A DNA stretch of 64,000 nt from a virus (IMGVR_UViG_3300020576_006967:1-64000); one strand, 5' to 3'; positions 47,049 to 57,844 are shown, counted from the stretch's first letter. Notes: a model not told the origin generated them from the letters alone. Numbers and translations are program-made.

Positions 47049-48884
47049 ATGAAAAATAAAGAGAACAACAAAGCGAAAGATTCTAAAAGCAATGAGCCAG
47101 AAGAAAAAAAGGCAGATATACAACCAACAGAAACTGTAAAAACAGAATATGTTAACGACTCTGGGTTAAGTGAAAAAAGCGCCGAGCTTGAGAAAAAAGA
47201 ATTGGGTAAAAAATACGACTCTCAAAAAAAGTCTATAAAAACAAAAAAGCAAGAAGCAAAGTATACTTTAGAAAAAAAGATTCCTGATGCTAAAAAAGAC
47301 TTAGAAAAAAAGCTTGCTGAGGATCCAACTTTTTTAACTCCTGAACAATTAGAAGGGTATAACAAATATCTAAAAGAGATTGAAGAAAAAAGCAAAACTG
47401 ACCTTAGTGACCTAGCTTTAAAAGAGGAAGAATTAGAGCTTGATTACGAAGATTTAAAAACAGAGCCTAGTGTTCCAATGCTTAATGATTACTCTAAAGT
47501 GGTAAATCATGCTGTAAAAATCAATGCGCCACTTATGAATATGGTATTCGATTATTTCAACTTTTTGTTTGATGACAAAGAAGCTCAAGAAAAAACAAAA
47601 ATTGTTATTGATCACTTCTCAAACGACCAGGGTCTTTTTTCGGAAAGTTTTCCGCATTCTACAAATATGAATTATTTTTGTGGTAATGTAATGATCATGT
47701 TTAAGGACACAATTAGGGTTATTGTTACATTAAAAAAATATTACGAACAGGGACAATTTCATTACAGACTTTGTTTTGTATCGGAGGGAAAATGTACTTT
47801 AAACCCAGACTATCTTGGTAAAAAAATATTGTTTAACGCAATTGCGCACAGTAAAATAAAAGGAACGCACATCACCTTGCCATATGATTCAATTATGTGG
47901 TCACAAGAAAAACTTGAAAGAAGAGGTTTTAACGATATCTTTTTGCCAAAAAGCATTATGGAGGATTTAACCCTTTATACAACGCTATTTGATAAAACTG
48001 GCGTGTTGTTAAGATATTTAATGATTGGAAGTCCTGGAACTGGTAAGACAGAATCAACTCTTGCAATTGCGAATTATTTAAAAGACAACAAAGTTACAGT
48101 TATTAAAACAATGGTATGTCCATCATTAAAAGAAAAAATAGAGTTAGCTGAATTATTAGCGCCATCTATTGTAATTTTTGACGACATCGACTTATCATTG
48201 GGCTCTAGATCAAAAGGCGGAGTTTCAGGCGGATTGGCACAATTTTTAGATGTACTTGATGGTACTGAGAAAGTTAGAAAGGACGTTGGTTTCATCGCTA
48301 CAACAAACTCTTTGGCGTTGTTAGATATGGCAGCACAAAGACCTGGTCGTTTTGACAAATTGTTATCTTTTGATAGCTTAACACTTTCTAATATTAGAAA
48401 TATCATTTTGAAGTCTCTTAATAAAAACTTCGAACTTGAAGAAAATTCCCCAGCTGTTCAACCATTTATACACCCATCTGTAATTGAAAAATTCTTTCAC
48501 TCTAAAGTTACTGGCTCACACGTTTACAACAATGTGAAAATGCTTATGCTTAGAATTGACACCTTAGAATTAACAGATATCACGTCTGATTGGATTGTAA
48601 GTGAAATTACAAACGAACTTGAAATTCTAAAAAGAATTAGAAGAACAGATTATCTTACAGCTGGAATGTCTGGATCTGGCGGTGGCGAAATAGGATTCCC
48701 AATGAAAAATGACTATGAAGAAGGAGAGGGCGAAGAATCAGTTGGTATAGAACCAGAATCTCCAACACAAGATTTATCAGCTTACTCTAATGAACAAGAG
48801 AGAGCCCCAGGAACGCAAAATAAACCTTATGACGATGGGTATAGTCATGGAAGTAGTGAGAGTGAAGCGGAAAGCAAATCTTAA
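47049..48884 (+). CDS. AAA+ ATPase
   Basis: GSPGTGKT, IFDDID, ATTN, RPGRFD. Confidence 0.9.
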   Translation: MKNKENNKAKDSKSNEPEEKKADIQPTETVKTEYVNDSGLSEKSAELEKKELGKKYDSQKKSIKTKKQEAKYTLEKKIPDAKKDLEKKLAEDPTFLTPEQLEGYNKYLKEIEEKSKTDLSDLALKEEELELDYEDLKTEPSVPMLNDYSKVVNHAVKINAPLMNMVFDYFNFLFDDKEAQEKTKIVIDHFSNDQGLFSESFPHSTNMNYFCGNVMIMFKDTIRVIVTLKKYYEQGQFHYRLCFVSEGKCTLNPDYLGKKILFNAIAHSKIKGTHITLPYDSIMWSQEKLERRGFNDIFLPKSIMEDLTLYTTLFDKTGVLLRYLMIGSPGTGKTESTLAIANYLKDNKVTVIKTMVCPSLKEKIELAELLAPSIVIFDDIDLSLGSRSKGGVSGGLAQFLDVLDGTEKVRKDVGFIATTNSLALLDMAAQRPGRFDKLLSFDSLTLSNIRNIILKSLNKNFELEENSPAVQPFIHPSVIEKFFHSKVTGSHVYNNVKMLMLRIDTLELTDITSDWIVSEITNELEILKRIRRTDYLTAGMSGSGGGEIGFPMKNDYEEGEGEESVGIEPESPTQDLSAYSNEQERAPGTQNKPYDDGYSHGSSESEAESKS

Positions 48885-48910
48885 TTTTTAATTGTACTCA
48901 AAAAAACAAT

Positions 48911-50302
48911 ATGTCTAGAAAACCACAAAATAAAACCACAGGAAGGTCAATCGTTAAAATGATAAAGGCTGGTATTGAATCTGAGGAAGATAAAAAAAAT
49001 CAAAAAAAGGAATCAGATAAATTTAACAAATTTCAATCTAGATTTTCTTTTGATGATAACATGAATAGGCCAATATTCAAAATATTTTCAGATTACTTTA
49101 ATATTTTAAACGAGACTGAGTCGCTCCAAAAAAAACATCAAATAAAAATCCTTGGATTCGTTAAAGACGACGAATTCAGGGATACAATAAACTTGTATGA
49201 AAGTTGGGGTAAAAAAACAGTTCTTTTAGAATATGAAGGCTTAGTTGTAAGTCTTGTTTATGATATTTTTAAACAAAACAATGAAGTAACTTTTTATTTT
49301 GCAATGACATCAAACAACAAAAGTTTTATTGATGGATTGTACTTTTATAATAAGTTGTGGAAACACGCTCTTGAGGTTAGTGATTTAAAAGGAAGTTACT
49401 TTGTTATGGAGAGAGATGAAATTTTGTGGCAGAAAAAAACTCTAGAAAAAAGAGGTTTTAGCGACATATATCTTCCAAGCTCTACTGTAGAAGATTTAAA
49501 AATGTATGTGGCATCACACACTGAAATGAGCGTTTTGATGCGCTATTTAATGGTTGGTAGTCCAGGTACAGGTAAAACTGAATCTACACTTGTGGTTGCA
49601 AACGAATTAAACAAATTAGGTGTAACAATCATTAAAACACCAGTGTGTTCTATGATTAAAGAAAAAGTGCAATTAGCTAGTTTGCTTGCGCCGTCTTTGA
49701 TTATATTTGATGATATCGACTTATCGTTAGGTTCAAGAAAGTCTGGAGCTTATTCAGAGAGATTACAAGATTTTTTAGATGTGCTTGATGGTACTGATAA
49801 AATAATTGAAACAGTTGGAATGATAGCTACCACAAACTCTGTACAGCTTTTGGATATGGCAGCACAACGCCCAGGCCGTTTTGATAAAGTTCTTTCCTTT
49901 GATGATCTTACTTCGGAAAATATTAAGAACGTAATCTTAAAATCTTTAAAACACCATAAAGTACCAACCACATCACAGGCTTCTAAGATGTTCACAAACT
50001 CAAAGGTGATAAAATTGTTTAGAGATAACAGATCTACTGGTGCACACATTTACAATGCTGTAAAAATGTTGAAAATGAGAACTGAGCTTTTAAAAATTAC
50101 ATTAACACTTGATTTTTTACTCGAAGAGCTGATGAAAGAAATCAAGACAAATGAAAAAATTAAAAAAGCAGAATACTTAAGCGACAAAATAAACAATGGT
50201 ATGGATTCTATAGGTTTTAACAACAAAAAAGAAGAGGATTATGACGATGAAGATGACGAAGATGATGAAATTATAGATCTAGGAATAATTAAAAGTGATT
50301 AA
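48911..50302 (+). CDS. AAA+ ATPase, paralog of upstream gene
   Basis: same motifs with high identity across the core. Confidence 0.9.
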   Translation: MSRKPQNKTTGRSIVKMIKAGIESEEDKKNQKKESDKFNKFQSRFSFDDNMNRPIFKIFSDYFNILNETESLQKKHQIKILGFVKDDEFRDTINLYESWGKKTVLLEYEGLVVSLVYDIFKQNNEVTFYFAMTSNNKSFIDGLYFYNKLWKHALEVSDLKGSYFVMERDEILWQKKTLEKRGFSDIYLPSSTVEDLKMYVASHTEMSVLMRYLMVGSPGTGKTESTLVVANELNKLGVTIIKTPVCSMIKEKVQLASLLAPSLIIFDDIDLSLGSRKSGAYSERLQDFLDVLDGTDKIIETVGMIATTNSVQLLDMAAQRPGRFDKVLSFDDLTSENIKNVILKSLKHHKVPTTSQASKMFTNSKVIKLFRDNRSTGAHIYNAVKMLKMRTELLKITLTLDFLLEELMKEIKTNEKIKKAEYLSDKINNGMDSIGFNNKKEEDYDDEDDEDDEIIDLGIIKSD

Positions 50303-50347
50303 AAAAATGAAACTTTTTGTTTAAATTTGCGTATAAATAGAACAATT

Positions 50348-52030
50348 ATGTCTGAAAAAGAATTAATAGCAAAAGACGCTGAAAAAGTAGCGACAGATAA
50401 ACGCCAGCAAGAGCTTAGAAATCTTGAAATGTATCACAATCTTAAAAGAGAGGGTTATATTTTATTTGAAACAATTACTGGAAGTCAGGCGCATGGCACC
50501 AATACTGAAACAAGTGACATTGATAAGGCTTTTGTTTACATTCTTCCAGAAAACGACATTTTAGGTATTAGATACGAAGAACAATTAAGAATTCACAAAG
50601 ATTATTCTGGATATGAAGTTCGTAGATTTTTAGAACTTCTTAGAAAGAATAATCCAACCGTGTTGGAATTATTAAATTCTCCAGACGACTGCATTTTGTA
50701 TAAGAACCCAGTTTTTGACATCTTGTTAAAAAGTAAGGATAAATTTATTACAAAAGAATCTAAAAATGCCTTTGTTGGTTATGCTAGACAACAAATAGCT
50801 AAAGCTAAAGGTTTAGATAAAAAACAAAACTGGGAAAAGGGCAGGATTACACGTAAAACACCACTTGACATGTGTCATGTGATACTTGGTTATGATTCTA
50901 AGCCGTTTCCAGAGTGGTTAGAAGAAAAAGGGTACGATCAATTGTTTTGTGGTGTATCTGCCGTTAATCACGCCCCTGGAGTGTATGCTGTATTTTATGA
51001 CACTATAGCGCATAGTTGTTTTTCTGAAAGAATACCGTTAGAAGAAAGAGAAAATCAAAAGAATGATTTTAAATCTGTTGGAATACCTGTTGGTCTTGGC
51101 TATAAAGGCGCTGCTTTCGAAGACTCAAATGATATAAGAAAGTCTAATATACCAAAAGACAAAAGGGATACTTTTGTTTGCCACATCTATTACAATAAAG
51201 ATGCTTATGCAAAAAATTGTAAAGACTACAACGATTATTTAAAATGGTTGGAAGATCGCAATGAAACCAGGTGGGTAGAAATTGAGGGTCATGGTCAGCA
51301 AATTGATGGTAAGAACATGATGCATTGTATGCGACTAATTCTAATTGGAAAAGAAATTGCTGAAGGTAAGGGTGTAAATATAAGAAGGCCAGATGCTCAG
51401 GAACTTTTGAAAATAAGAAGAGGACAAGTGTCTTTACAAGAACTTCTTGATAAATCAGAAGAATATCTTAGGGAAATGATTGACCTATATGAAGCTTCTG
51501 GGTTGCCAAATGAAGTACCTGAAGAATTTATTCACAATATGCTTGTTGAGGTTAGAAATGTTTTTTATTCAAACAACAAAGATTATGACTTAACTAAAAA
51601 ATACGACAGAGAAGCTAACAATCCTTTTTTTGTAAAACAATATGGGGACATGTCTGAACTTTGGTTTAAAATAGCTTGTGAGTTTAACGAGAGGATAAAT
51701 GAATTGAATGGCGATGTTGAAGTTGTAATTGATGACAATGAACAACCTTGGCAAAAGCTATTGACCCAATATACTTGGCCAAAAACTTTAAATATTAAAA
51801 CTGGCATGGTAGAACCTGTAAGTTTTGAAAAAATAATAGTTTTAAAAGTAACTAGAGATTACATCACTTTTGCTGCATGTGGCGAAAACCAAAAACCAAT
51901 GCAATTTGATATTGTTATGTGGGCCGATGAATTGGTTGCAATTAATGCTGATGATTATACAGGAAATTGGATTGAAGGAATTGGTCAGGAAGCATTTTTG
52001 GCACAAATTGGTTTTGATATTGATGGGTAG
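50348..52030 (+). CDS. Pol-beta-superfamily nucleotidyltransferase (YcgL/RNA-repair type)
   Basis: GSQAHGTNTETSDID, KNNPTVLELL, KNMMHCMRL. Confidence 0.82.
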   Translation: MSEKELIAKDAEKVATDKRQQELRNLEMYHNLKREGYILFETITGSQAHGTNTETSDIDKAFVYILPENDILGIRYEEQLRIHKDYSGYEVRRFLELLRKNNPTVLELLNSPDDCILYKNPVFDILLKSKDKFITKESKNAFVGYARQQIAKAKGLDKKQNWEKGRITRKTPLDMCHVILGYDSKPFPEWLEEKGYDQLFCGVSAVNHAPGVYAVFYDTIAHSCFSERIPLEERENQKNDFKSVGIPVGLGYKGAAFEDSNDIRKSNIPKDKRDTFVCHIYYNKDAYAKNCKDYNDYLKWLEDRNETRWVEIEGHGQQIDGKNMMHCMRLILIGKEIAEGKGVNIRRPDAQELLKIRRGQVSLQELLDKSEEYLREMIDLYEASGLPNEVPEEFIHNMLVEVRNVFYSNNKDYDLTKKYDREANNPFFVKQYGDMSELWFKIACEFNERINELNGDVEVVIDDNEQPWQKLLTQYTWPKTLNIKTGMVEPVSFEKIIVLKVTRDYITFAACGENQKPMQFDIVMWADELVAINADDYTGNWIEGIGQEAFLAQIGFDIDG

Positions 52031-53198
52031 AATAAACAACATAGATGAGTTTTGCAAGTTGTATAAAATCAACATTCCTGTAAAAGAGGATTTTGACTAT
52101 TATATTGAAACACTATTGAGGTCGCCCGAATATAGCGCTGAGGATTTAAATAAAAAATTCAACGACTTTGCTTTGTTTGAGCTATACGCTGAAAAAAACA
52201 ATTTTTTAAGTGTTAGCAAACTAAAAATGTATTGTCTTGATACTGTGGCTGATTATATAAAATCTACAAGCGCATACGCAAGTCTTCAAGAAAAAGAACT
52301 TCCAAAAAAAGCGCTTAACACCAAAGATTGGACAAGCACCGTAGAAGAAACAGATTTGTTGATGTCGATTGATTTCAGAAGCGCCAATTATAGTGTTTTG
52401 AAGACGTTTGATAACGCAAACGAGTTAAAGGGGTCCTGGAGGGAGCTATGTGAATCTTTGTTGATCCCAGAGGCTCTTATTGAGTCTAAATCATTTAGAC
52501 AACTTGTATTCGGCAACACAAACCCTAAGAGATTACAGGTTTTTCAACATTTAAATATGATACTCATTAAGGAGGCTCTTGAACTATTGGGTGTTCGTGA
52601 TGAGGATGTTTCTTTTTTGTCTGATGAAAATAGCTATATTTTTGTTTCTCACGATGAGGTAATTGTAAAAATACCTAATAGTTATGCTGCAAAAAAAATA
52701 GAAGATTTTTTAAGTTTTTTAAATACTGAATCAAATACAATGCTTACAAAAGCAACATATTTTACATTGTTAAAACTTAAAAAGAATCTTTATGTAAAAA
52801 CGGTATATGAATTGGGTGATAAAGTGGGTGATAAATTTGTTGTACAAAAATTTAAAACTCTTCACGGAGCGCCAGGGAATAAATTTTATATGTTGTTTAA
52901 AGAACATATTTTAAATGAGACATATGATGATAGGGATTTGGTATACATGAATGATGGAGAATTGGGTAGATGGGTAATTGAAAAGCCCAAGGCTCATCTT
53001 CCTAATTATCCAAAACCGAAAGTTGTATTATCTGTTGAAGATGCAACTCATCAATATTCAAGAGTCTGGGATAAAATTGGCGAGTTGATACCGAATTTAA
53101 CAAAAGAAGAGAAGAGAAGGATTGTGGAGATTGTTGCAAACACCTGTCATCACTGCTGGGGAATGGAAGTTGGGTGTAATTGTCATAGAGATGAATAA
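52023..53198 (+). CDS. hypothetical protein
   Basis: long ORF, start moved to MGRINN; SIDFRSANY and SHDE motifs. Confidence 0.6.
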   Translation: MGRINNIDEFCKLYKINIPVKEDFDYYIETLLRSPEYSAEDLNKKFNDFALFELYAEKNNFLSVSKLKMYCLDTVADYIKSTSAYASLQEKELPKKALNTKDWTSTVEETDLLMSIDFRSANYSVLKTFDNANELKGSWRELCESLLIPEALIESKSFRQLVFGNTNPKRLQVFQHLNMILIKEALELLGVRDEDVSFLSDENSYIFVSHDEVIVKIPNSYAAKKIEDFLSFLNTESNTMLTKATYFTLLKLKKNLYVKTVYELGDKVGDKFVVQKFKTLHGAPGNKFYMLFKEHILNETYDDRDLVYMNDGELGRWVIEKPKAHLPNYPKPKVVLSVEDATHQYSRVWDKIGELIPNLTKEEKRRIVEIVANTCHHCWGMEVGCNCHRDE

Positions 53199-53246
53199 TA
53201 ATTTTGAATATTTCAACAATAATCTTAACTTTGTAAAAAAATAATA

Positions 53247-53681
53247 ATGGAGACCTTAAAGGAAAAAATTTCAAGAGAATATGTAGAAGCTTTTAAAGCT
53301 AGAGAGATTGTTAAAAAAAATCTTCTTGGCGTTATTAAAGCAGAAATCACAACACAAGAAAAAAACTCTTCTGTTGCAGATCTTACAGATGAAAATGTTT
53401 TAAAAATTGTAAAAAAAATAGCTAAAAATTTACAAGAAACGATTTCTCAAGCAGACAATGACGAGTCGAGACAAGAACTCGCTGTTGTGGAAGCGTATTT
53501 GCCACAACAAATGTCTGAAGCTGAAGTTGAAATTGAAGTTGGTAAAATTATATCTGAAATTGGTGCATCTTCTCCTTCTGATATGGGAAAAGTTATGGGC
53601 GGTTTTAATTCTAAATATGCTGGAAAGGCTGACAATAAAACTGTGTCAGTTATTGTAAAAAAATTATTACAAAACCATTAA
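53247..53681 (+). CDS. GatB/YqeY domain protein
   Basis: YLPQQMSEAEV, DMGKVMG, GKAD. Confidence 0.9.
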   Translation: METLKEKISREYVEAFKAREIVKKNLLGVIKAEITTQEKNSSVADLTDENVLKIVKKIAKNLQETISQADNDESRQELAVVEAYLPQQMSEAEVEIEVGKIISEIGASSPSDMGKVMGGFNSKYAGKADNKTVSVIVKKLLQNH

Positions 53682-53692
53682 AAATTTTTCAA

Positions 53693-54133
53693 ATGAATAA
53701 AATTTTAACAACAATTATCGTTCTTTTTAGTCTTATAGCTTTAGGGCAAAATGACGAGGGTAAACAAATAAATTATTTGACTGGTTCATCACAAATTGGC
53801 GGCTACACAGTTGTTACTAAAACGATGAATATTTCTTCTTATACATTCACTTCATCAAGCGTGCGTGCCCCAATTTTACAGGTTTACGTGTGCGATAAAA
53901 GCAAATTTGTTGGTGGAATATTAGAGGATGAAAAGGGTAAAAAAACAACAATCTTAAATTTAAGATTGGTTGAATTTGGTAAAGAATTAAAATTTGAAGT
54001 AATTGGTAAAGATTTTACAAAATACTTGCTTGTAGATGATGGAGAAATGTTGCAGGAAGAAAAAAACTTTTCAACTTTTTATATGAGCGGAGTTGGCATA
54101 TGGAAAATCTATAAAAAAGTTCTCCAAAAATAA
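53693..54133 (+). CDS. secreted hypothetical protein
   Basis: N-terminal signal peptide. Confidence 0.55.
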   Translation: MNKILTTIIVLFSLIALGQNDEGKQINYLTGSSQIGGYTVVTKTMNISSYTFTSSSVRAPILQVYVCDKSKFVGGILEDEKGKKTTILNLRLVEFGKELKFEVIGKDFTKYLLVDDGEMLQEEKNFSTFYMSGVGIWKIYKKVLQK

Positions 54134-54187
54134 AATTATTTTTTGTTTATTGGAGAAAATTAAATATATTTCTCTAAAAACAAAAAA

Positions 54188-54712
54188 GTGAATCAATTAA
54201 TTAAATATACAGGCAAACTTGTTTTTGACCCACCAAATAAAACTAAAAAGCATGAACTTCAATCTGAATGGAAAAAGGTTGCTATTATTGAGTTTGGAGG
54301 AGATCTTTGCGATTACTATGCGTGGTTTATAAAAAAAAGGTTTAATCTAATCTTAAACCGTTCCGTAAGAGAACCACACGTTACATTCATAAACGATAGT
54401 GTGAGGGACATATCAACAAATAACAATAATATAACAACCGAACAGGTTGAAAAGCTGTGGGAACAGTTTAAAACAAAATGGAGTGGAAAAGAAGTTGATA
54501 TAACTCTTAATCTACACCCAGCTACCAATAACAAACATTGGTGGTTTGTAGTTGATTTTGATCACAGAGAAGAACTTCACAAAATAAGAAAAGAAATAGG
54601 TTTACCAAGACCTTTTTTTGGATTACATATGACCATAGGCCTAGTTAATCCATTATGTGTAGAACATTCAGAATACATTGATAGATGTATAAAAAAAGGT
54701 TTAATTTTTTAA
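54188..54712 (+). CDS. 2H phosphoesterase
   Basis: two HxT motifs PHVTF and LHMTI. Confidence 0.7.
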   Translation: MNQLIKYTGKLVFDPPNKTKKHELQSEWKKVAIIEFGGDLCDYYAWFIKKRFNLILNRSVREPHVTFINDSVRDISTNNNNITTEQVEKLWEQFKTKWSGKEVDITLNLHPATNNKHWWFVVDFDHREELHKIRKEIGLPRPFFGLHMTIGLVNPLCVEHSEYIDRCIKKGLIF

Positions 54713-54752
54713 TAATTGAATGTTCTATATTTTTTTTATACTATTTATTAGT

Positions 54753-55466
54753 ATGAAAAATAAAAAATGCAACAAATGCAACATAACTAAAGACTATAAA
54801 TTTTTTGCTATAAAGAAAACCTCTAAAGACGGATATAGTGGTATATGTAAAGAGTGTAAAAAAGAGTATGATAAGGTGTTTCGTGAAAACAATAGCGTTA
54901 AATTAGTTAACAACCGAAAAAATAATTATTTAAAAAATAAAAATAAGATTAATGAGCACAACAAGTTATATAAAATAGAAAATGCTGAAAAAATAAAAAA
55001 GTATCAAGATGAATATAGGTTGATAAATAAAGAAGAAGCTAAAATTTATCAAAAACAATATAGAGAAAAAAATAAAGCAAAAAGAAATTTAAAAGAAAAA
55101 AATCGTAAAAAAAGCGATCCTTTATATAAATTAACTTGCAATCTAAGAGTTATGTTGTGTGATATTTTTAAAAAAAATGGATATAATAAAAATTCTAAAA
55201 CTGAAGAAGTGTTAGGTTGCTCTTTCCAAGAATTTAAATCTTATATTGAATCTAAATTTGAGATATGGATGAAATGGGAAAATCATGGTTTTTATAACGG
55301 GGAATTAAGTTTTGGCTGGGATATTGATCATATTATTCCTTTGGTAAAAGCTAAATCTGAAAAAGAAATTATAAAATTAAATCACTACACGAATTTACAG
55401 CCACTTTGTAGTCATATAAATAGAGATATAAAAAAAGATAAAATAGCAGAAAAAGACGTAGAATGA
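54753..55466 (+). CDS. HNH homing endonuclease
   Basis: WDIDHIIPL...LNHYTNLQPL. Confidence 0.85.
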   Translation: MKNKKCNKCNITKDYKFFAIKKTSKDGYSGICKECKKEYDKVFRENNSVKLVNNRKNNYLKNKNKINEHNKLYKIENAEKIKKYQDEYRLINKEEAKIYQKQYREKNKAKRNLKEKNRKKSDPLYKLTCNLRVMLCDIFKKNGYNKNSKTEEVLGCSFQEFKSYIESKFEIWMKWENHGFYNGELSFGWDIDHIIPLVKAKSEKEIIKLNHYTNLQPLCSHINRDIKKDKIAEKDVE

Positions 55467-56146
55467 AAAGAGATTATAAAAAAGATGCAGCAGTTATATT
55501 ATTAAAAGAATCTTTTGTAAAGGTTTTTTTAAAATATACAACAATTGAAAATGTAGACAAACTTTGGAAACAAGTTTTGAGAATTTATACTGGCAAAAAT
55601 AGACACTACCACAATATTGATCATATTGCTCACATGGTTAATTTATGGGAGCTATTTTATGATAAGCTAACATATCCAGATGAGATATTTATGGCAATAA
55701 TTTATCATGATATTGTGTATAGTTCAAGAGGGAAAGATAATGAAGAAAAAAGTGCTGATTTATTTATGGCTATTTGGCATTCATTTGACTGGGAAAAATT
55801 TGACAACTCTAAATTTAATTTTGTTGCAGAGGCCATAAAAGCTACAACACATAGAGATTTAAAAATGTCTATGCATGAAGATGTAAAATTTTTGTTAGAT
55901 TTTGATCTTCACATTCTCTCTACACCACATCAAGATGAATACGAGTGGTATCGTCTAGGTGTTAGAAAAGAATATTCTCATGTGTCTTTAAAAAAATATA
56001 AGGAAGGCCGCAAAGCCGTACTGGAAAGCTTTTTAAAGAGAAAAGAAATTTATTTAACCCAGACGTTTAAAATTAACGAAAAAAAAGCTAGAAAAAATTT
56101 GAAGAATGAAATAAATTTGTATCTTTGTGAAAATAAAAACAAATAA
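55463..56146 (+). CDS. HD-superfamily phosphohydrolase
   Basis: RHYHNIDHI, YHDIVY, NEEKSA, LDFDL, VRKEY. Confidence 0.85.
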   Translation: MKRDYKKDAAVILLKESFVKVFLKYTTIENVDKLWKQVLRIYTGKNRHYHNIDHIAHMVNLWELFYDKLTYPDEIFMAIIYHDIVYSSRGKDNEEKSADLFMAIWHSFDWEKFDNSKFNFVAEAIKATTHRDLKMSMHEDVKFLLDFDLHILSTPHQDEYEWYRLGVRKEYSHVSLKKYKEGRKAVLESFLKRKEIYLTQTFKINEKKARKNLKNEINLYLCENKNK

Positions 56147-56150
56147 ACAC

Positions 56151-56849
56151 ATGGATAATTCAAAAGAATTTAGAAAGTTTGCCACTGGGCACCTAGGAAT
56201 TAGCAGCTTAAAGCTAGACAATTATAACAAGGTGTTAACGCCTAAAATTTACCACAAGCCAACAAATATGACTCCTTATATTATAGAGGAGAGACAACTT
56301 AATGTGGCTCAAATGGATGTATTTTCAAGATTAATGATGGATCGTATTATTTTTCTTGGAACAGGTATAGACGATTATATCGCAAATATTATTAACGCAC
56401 AACTTCTTTTTTTAGAATCAGTTGATACCAAAAAAGACATTAGCATCTACATAAACTCTCCAGGTGGTTCTGTTTATGATGGTCTGGGTATTTATGATGT
56501 TATGCAATTAGTTAAACCGCCAATTGCAACAGTAAACACAGGTATGGCAGCATCTATGGCTTATGTTTTAATGGTGGCTGGTCAAAAAGGAAAAAGAATG
56601 ACACTGCCACACGCTAGATTTATGCAGCACCAACCGATGGGTGGAGCAGGTGGACAAGCTTCAGATATTGAAATCATGAATACTCAAATTCAAGCGTTGA
56701 AAAAAGAGTTGTATGAAATTATAGCTTTGCACACTGGACAAAAATACGATAAAATTTACGCAGATTGTGACCGTGATTATTTTATGGTTGGTCAAGAAGC
56801 AGTTAATTATGGCTGTTGTGATGGAATTTTAAGCCGTATAAAAAAATAA
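56151..56849 (+). CDS. clpP: ATP-dependent Clp protease proteolytic subunit
   Basis: MDVFSRLMMDRIIFLG, YINSPGG, GMAASM, MQHQP. Confidence 0.95.
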   Translation: MDNSKEFRKFATGHLGISSLKLDNYNKVLTPKIYHKPTNMTPYIIEERQLNVAQMDVFSRLMMDRIIFLGTGIDDYIANIINAQLLFLESVDTKKDISIYINSPGGSVYDGLGIYDVMQLVKPPIATVNTGMAASMAYVLMVAGQKGKRMTLPHARFMQHQPMGGAGGQASDIEIMNTQIQALKKELYEIIALHTGQKYDKIYADCDRDYFMVGQEAVNYGCCDGILSRIKK

Positions 56850-57544
56850 TGAAAACACTTGCAATTTTTCCAGGTTCTTTTAACCCATTTACAATAGGGC
56901 ATCAAAATGTATTGGAAAAAGCGGAAGCAATTTTTGGAAAAGAAAATGTGGTAATTGCAGTGGGTATAAACCCAGACAAAAACCCTTTCAATTCTGGGAC
57001 TTGGTCTCAAGCAACAAAAGCTCCGCATGTACGAACAATTCAAAAAAACCTACCATCTAAAACGGTGGTAGGTTTTTATGATTTTCTTACAGATTTTGTT
57101 TGGGAAAAAGAACAAGAAGGTTATAACGTGGTTGTTGTAAAGGGTCTTAGAAATGGCACTGATTTTGAACATGAGAATACTCAATTGAGATACATGCAAG
57201 ACATGAAACCAGATTTAAAGATTGTATACATACCTTGTGATAGGCACTTGGAGCACGTATCTTCAAGTGGATATAGAAGTTTAGAAAAAATAAAACCAGC
57301 AGCAGGGTTTAAATATTTAGCCAAAGAACATGAAATTGAATCATCACCAACTGCAAAAGAAATTGAAAGTTTTGATAATGTAGTAATTGTTGACAAAAAT
57401 GCAATTGACATGTTAGAAAAATATAGGTTGTTGCCAAAAAAACAAGTCACAAATGAAGTTTTTGATTTTTCTGGAACATATAAAGAATGTTTAATTTGGA
57501 TTAAAGAACAAGAAGCAAACAAAAATAATGAAAAAACCGATTAA
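56849..57544 (+). CDS. coaD: phosphopantetheine adenylyltransferase-like nucleotidyltransferase
   Basis: FPGSFNPFTIGH, KGLRNGTDFEHE, HVSSS. Confidence 0.85.
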   Translation: MKTLAIFPGSFNPFTIGHQNVLEKAEAIFGKENVVIAVGINPDKNPFNSGTWSQATKAPHVRTIQKNLPSKTVVGFYDFLTDFVWEKEQEGYNVVVVKGLRNGTDFEHENTQLRYMQDMKPDLKIVYIPCDRHLEHVSSSGYRSLEKIKPAAGFKYLAKEHEIESSPTAKEIESFDNVVIVDKNAIDMLEKYRLLPKKQVTNEVFDFSGTYKECLIWIKEQEANKNNEKTD

Positions 57545-57844
57545 CATAAACGGCAGAGACTATTTTTATGAGATTTGCATTGGCGAAGGAGAATTCCAAG
57601 ACTTTACTTATACTGCATTTTTCGTTAAAGGAGAGCCAGTTAATAAAAGAGTAATAAAAAGAAAATTTATCTTTTTTGGACCAATCATTTATGACGAGAC
57701 TATAAAAGTAGATAGATTCATTAAATGTTTTGAAATAGGAATAGATTTAAGTAATGGCTCAATTGTAGATCCAGAAATAATAAAGAGGGTTGAAGAAAAA
57801 CACAATAGAAAAATAGTTATTACAGACAAAGAACTAGCAATTTA

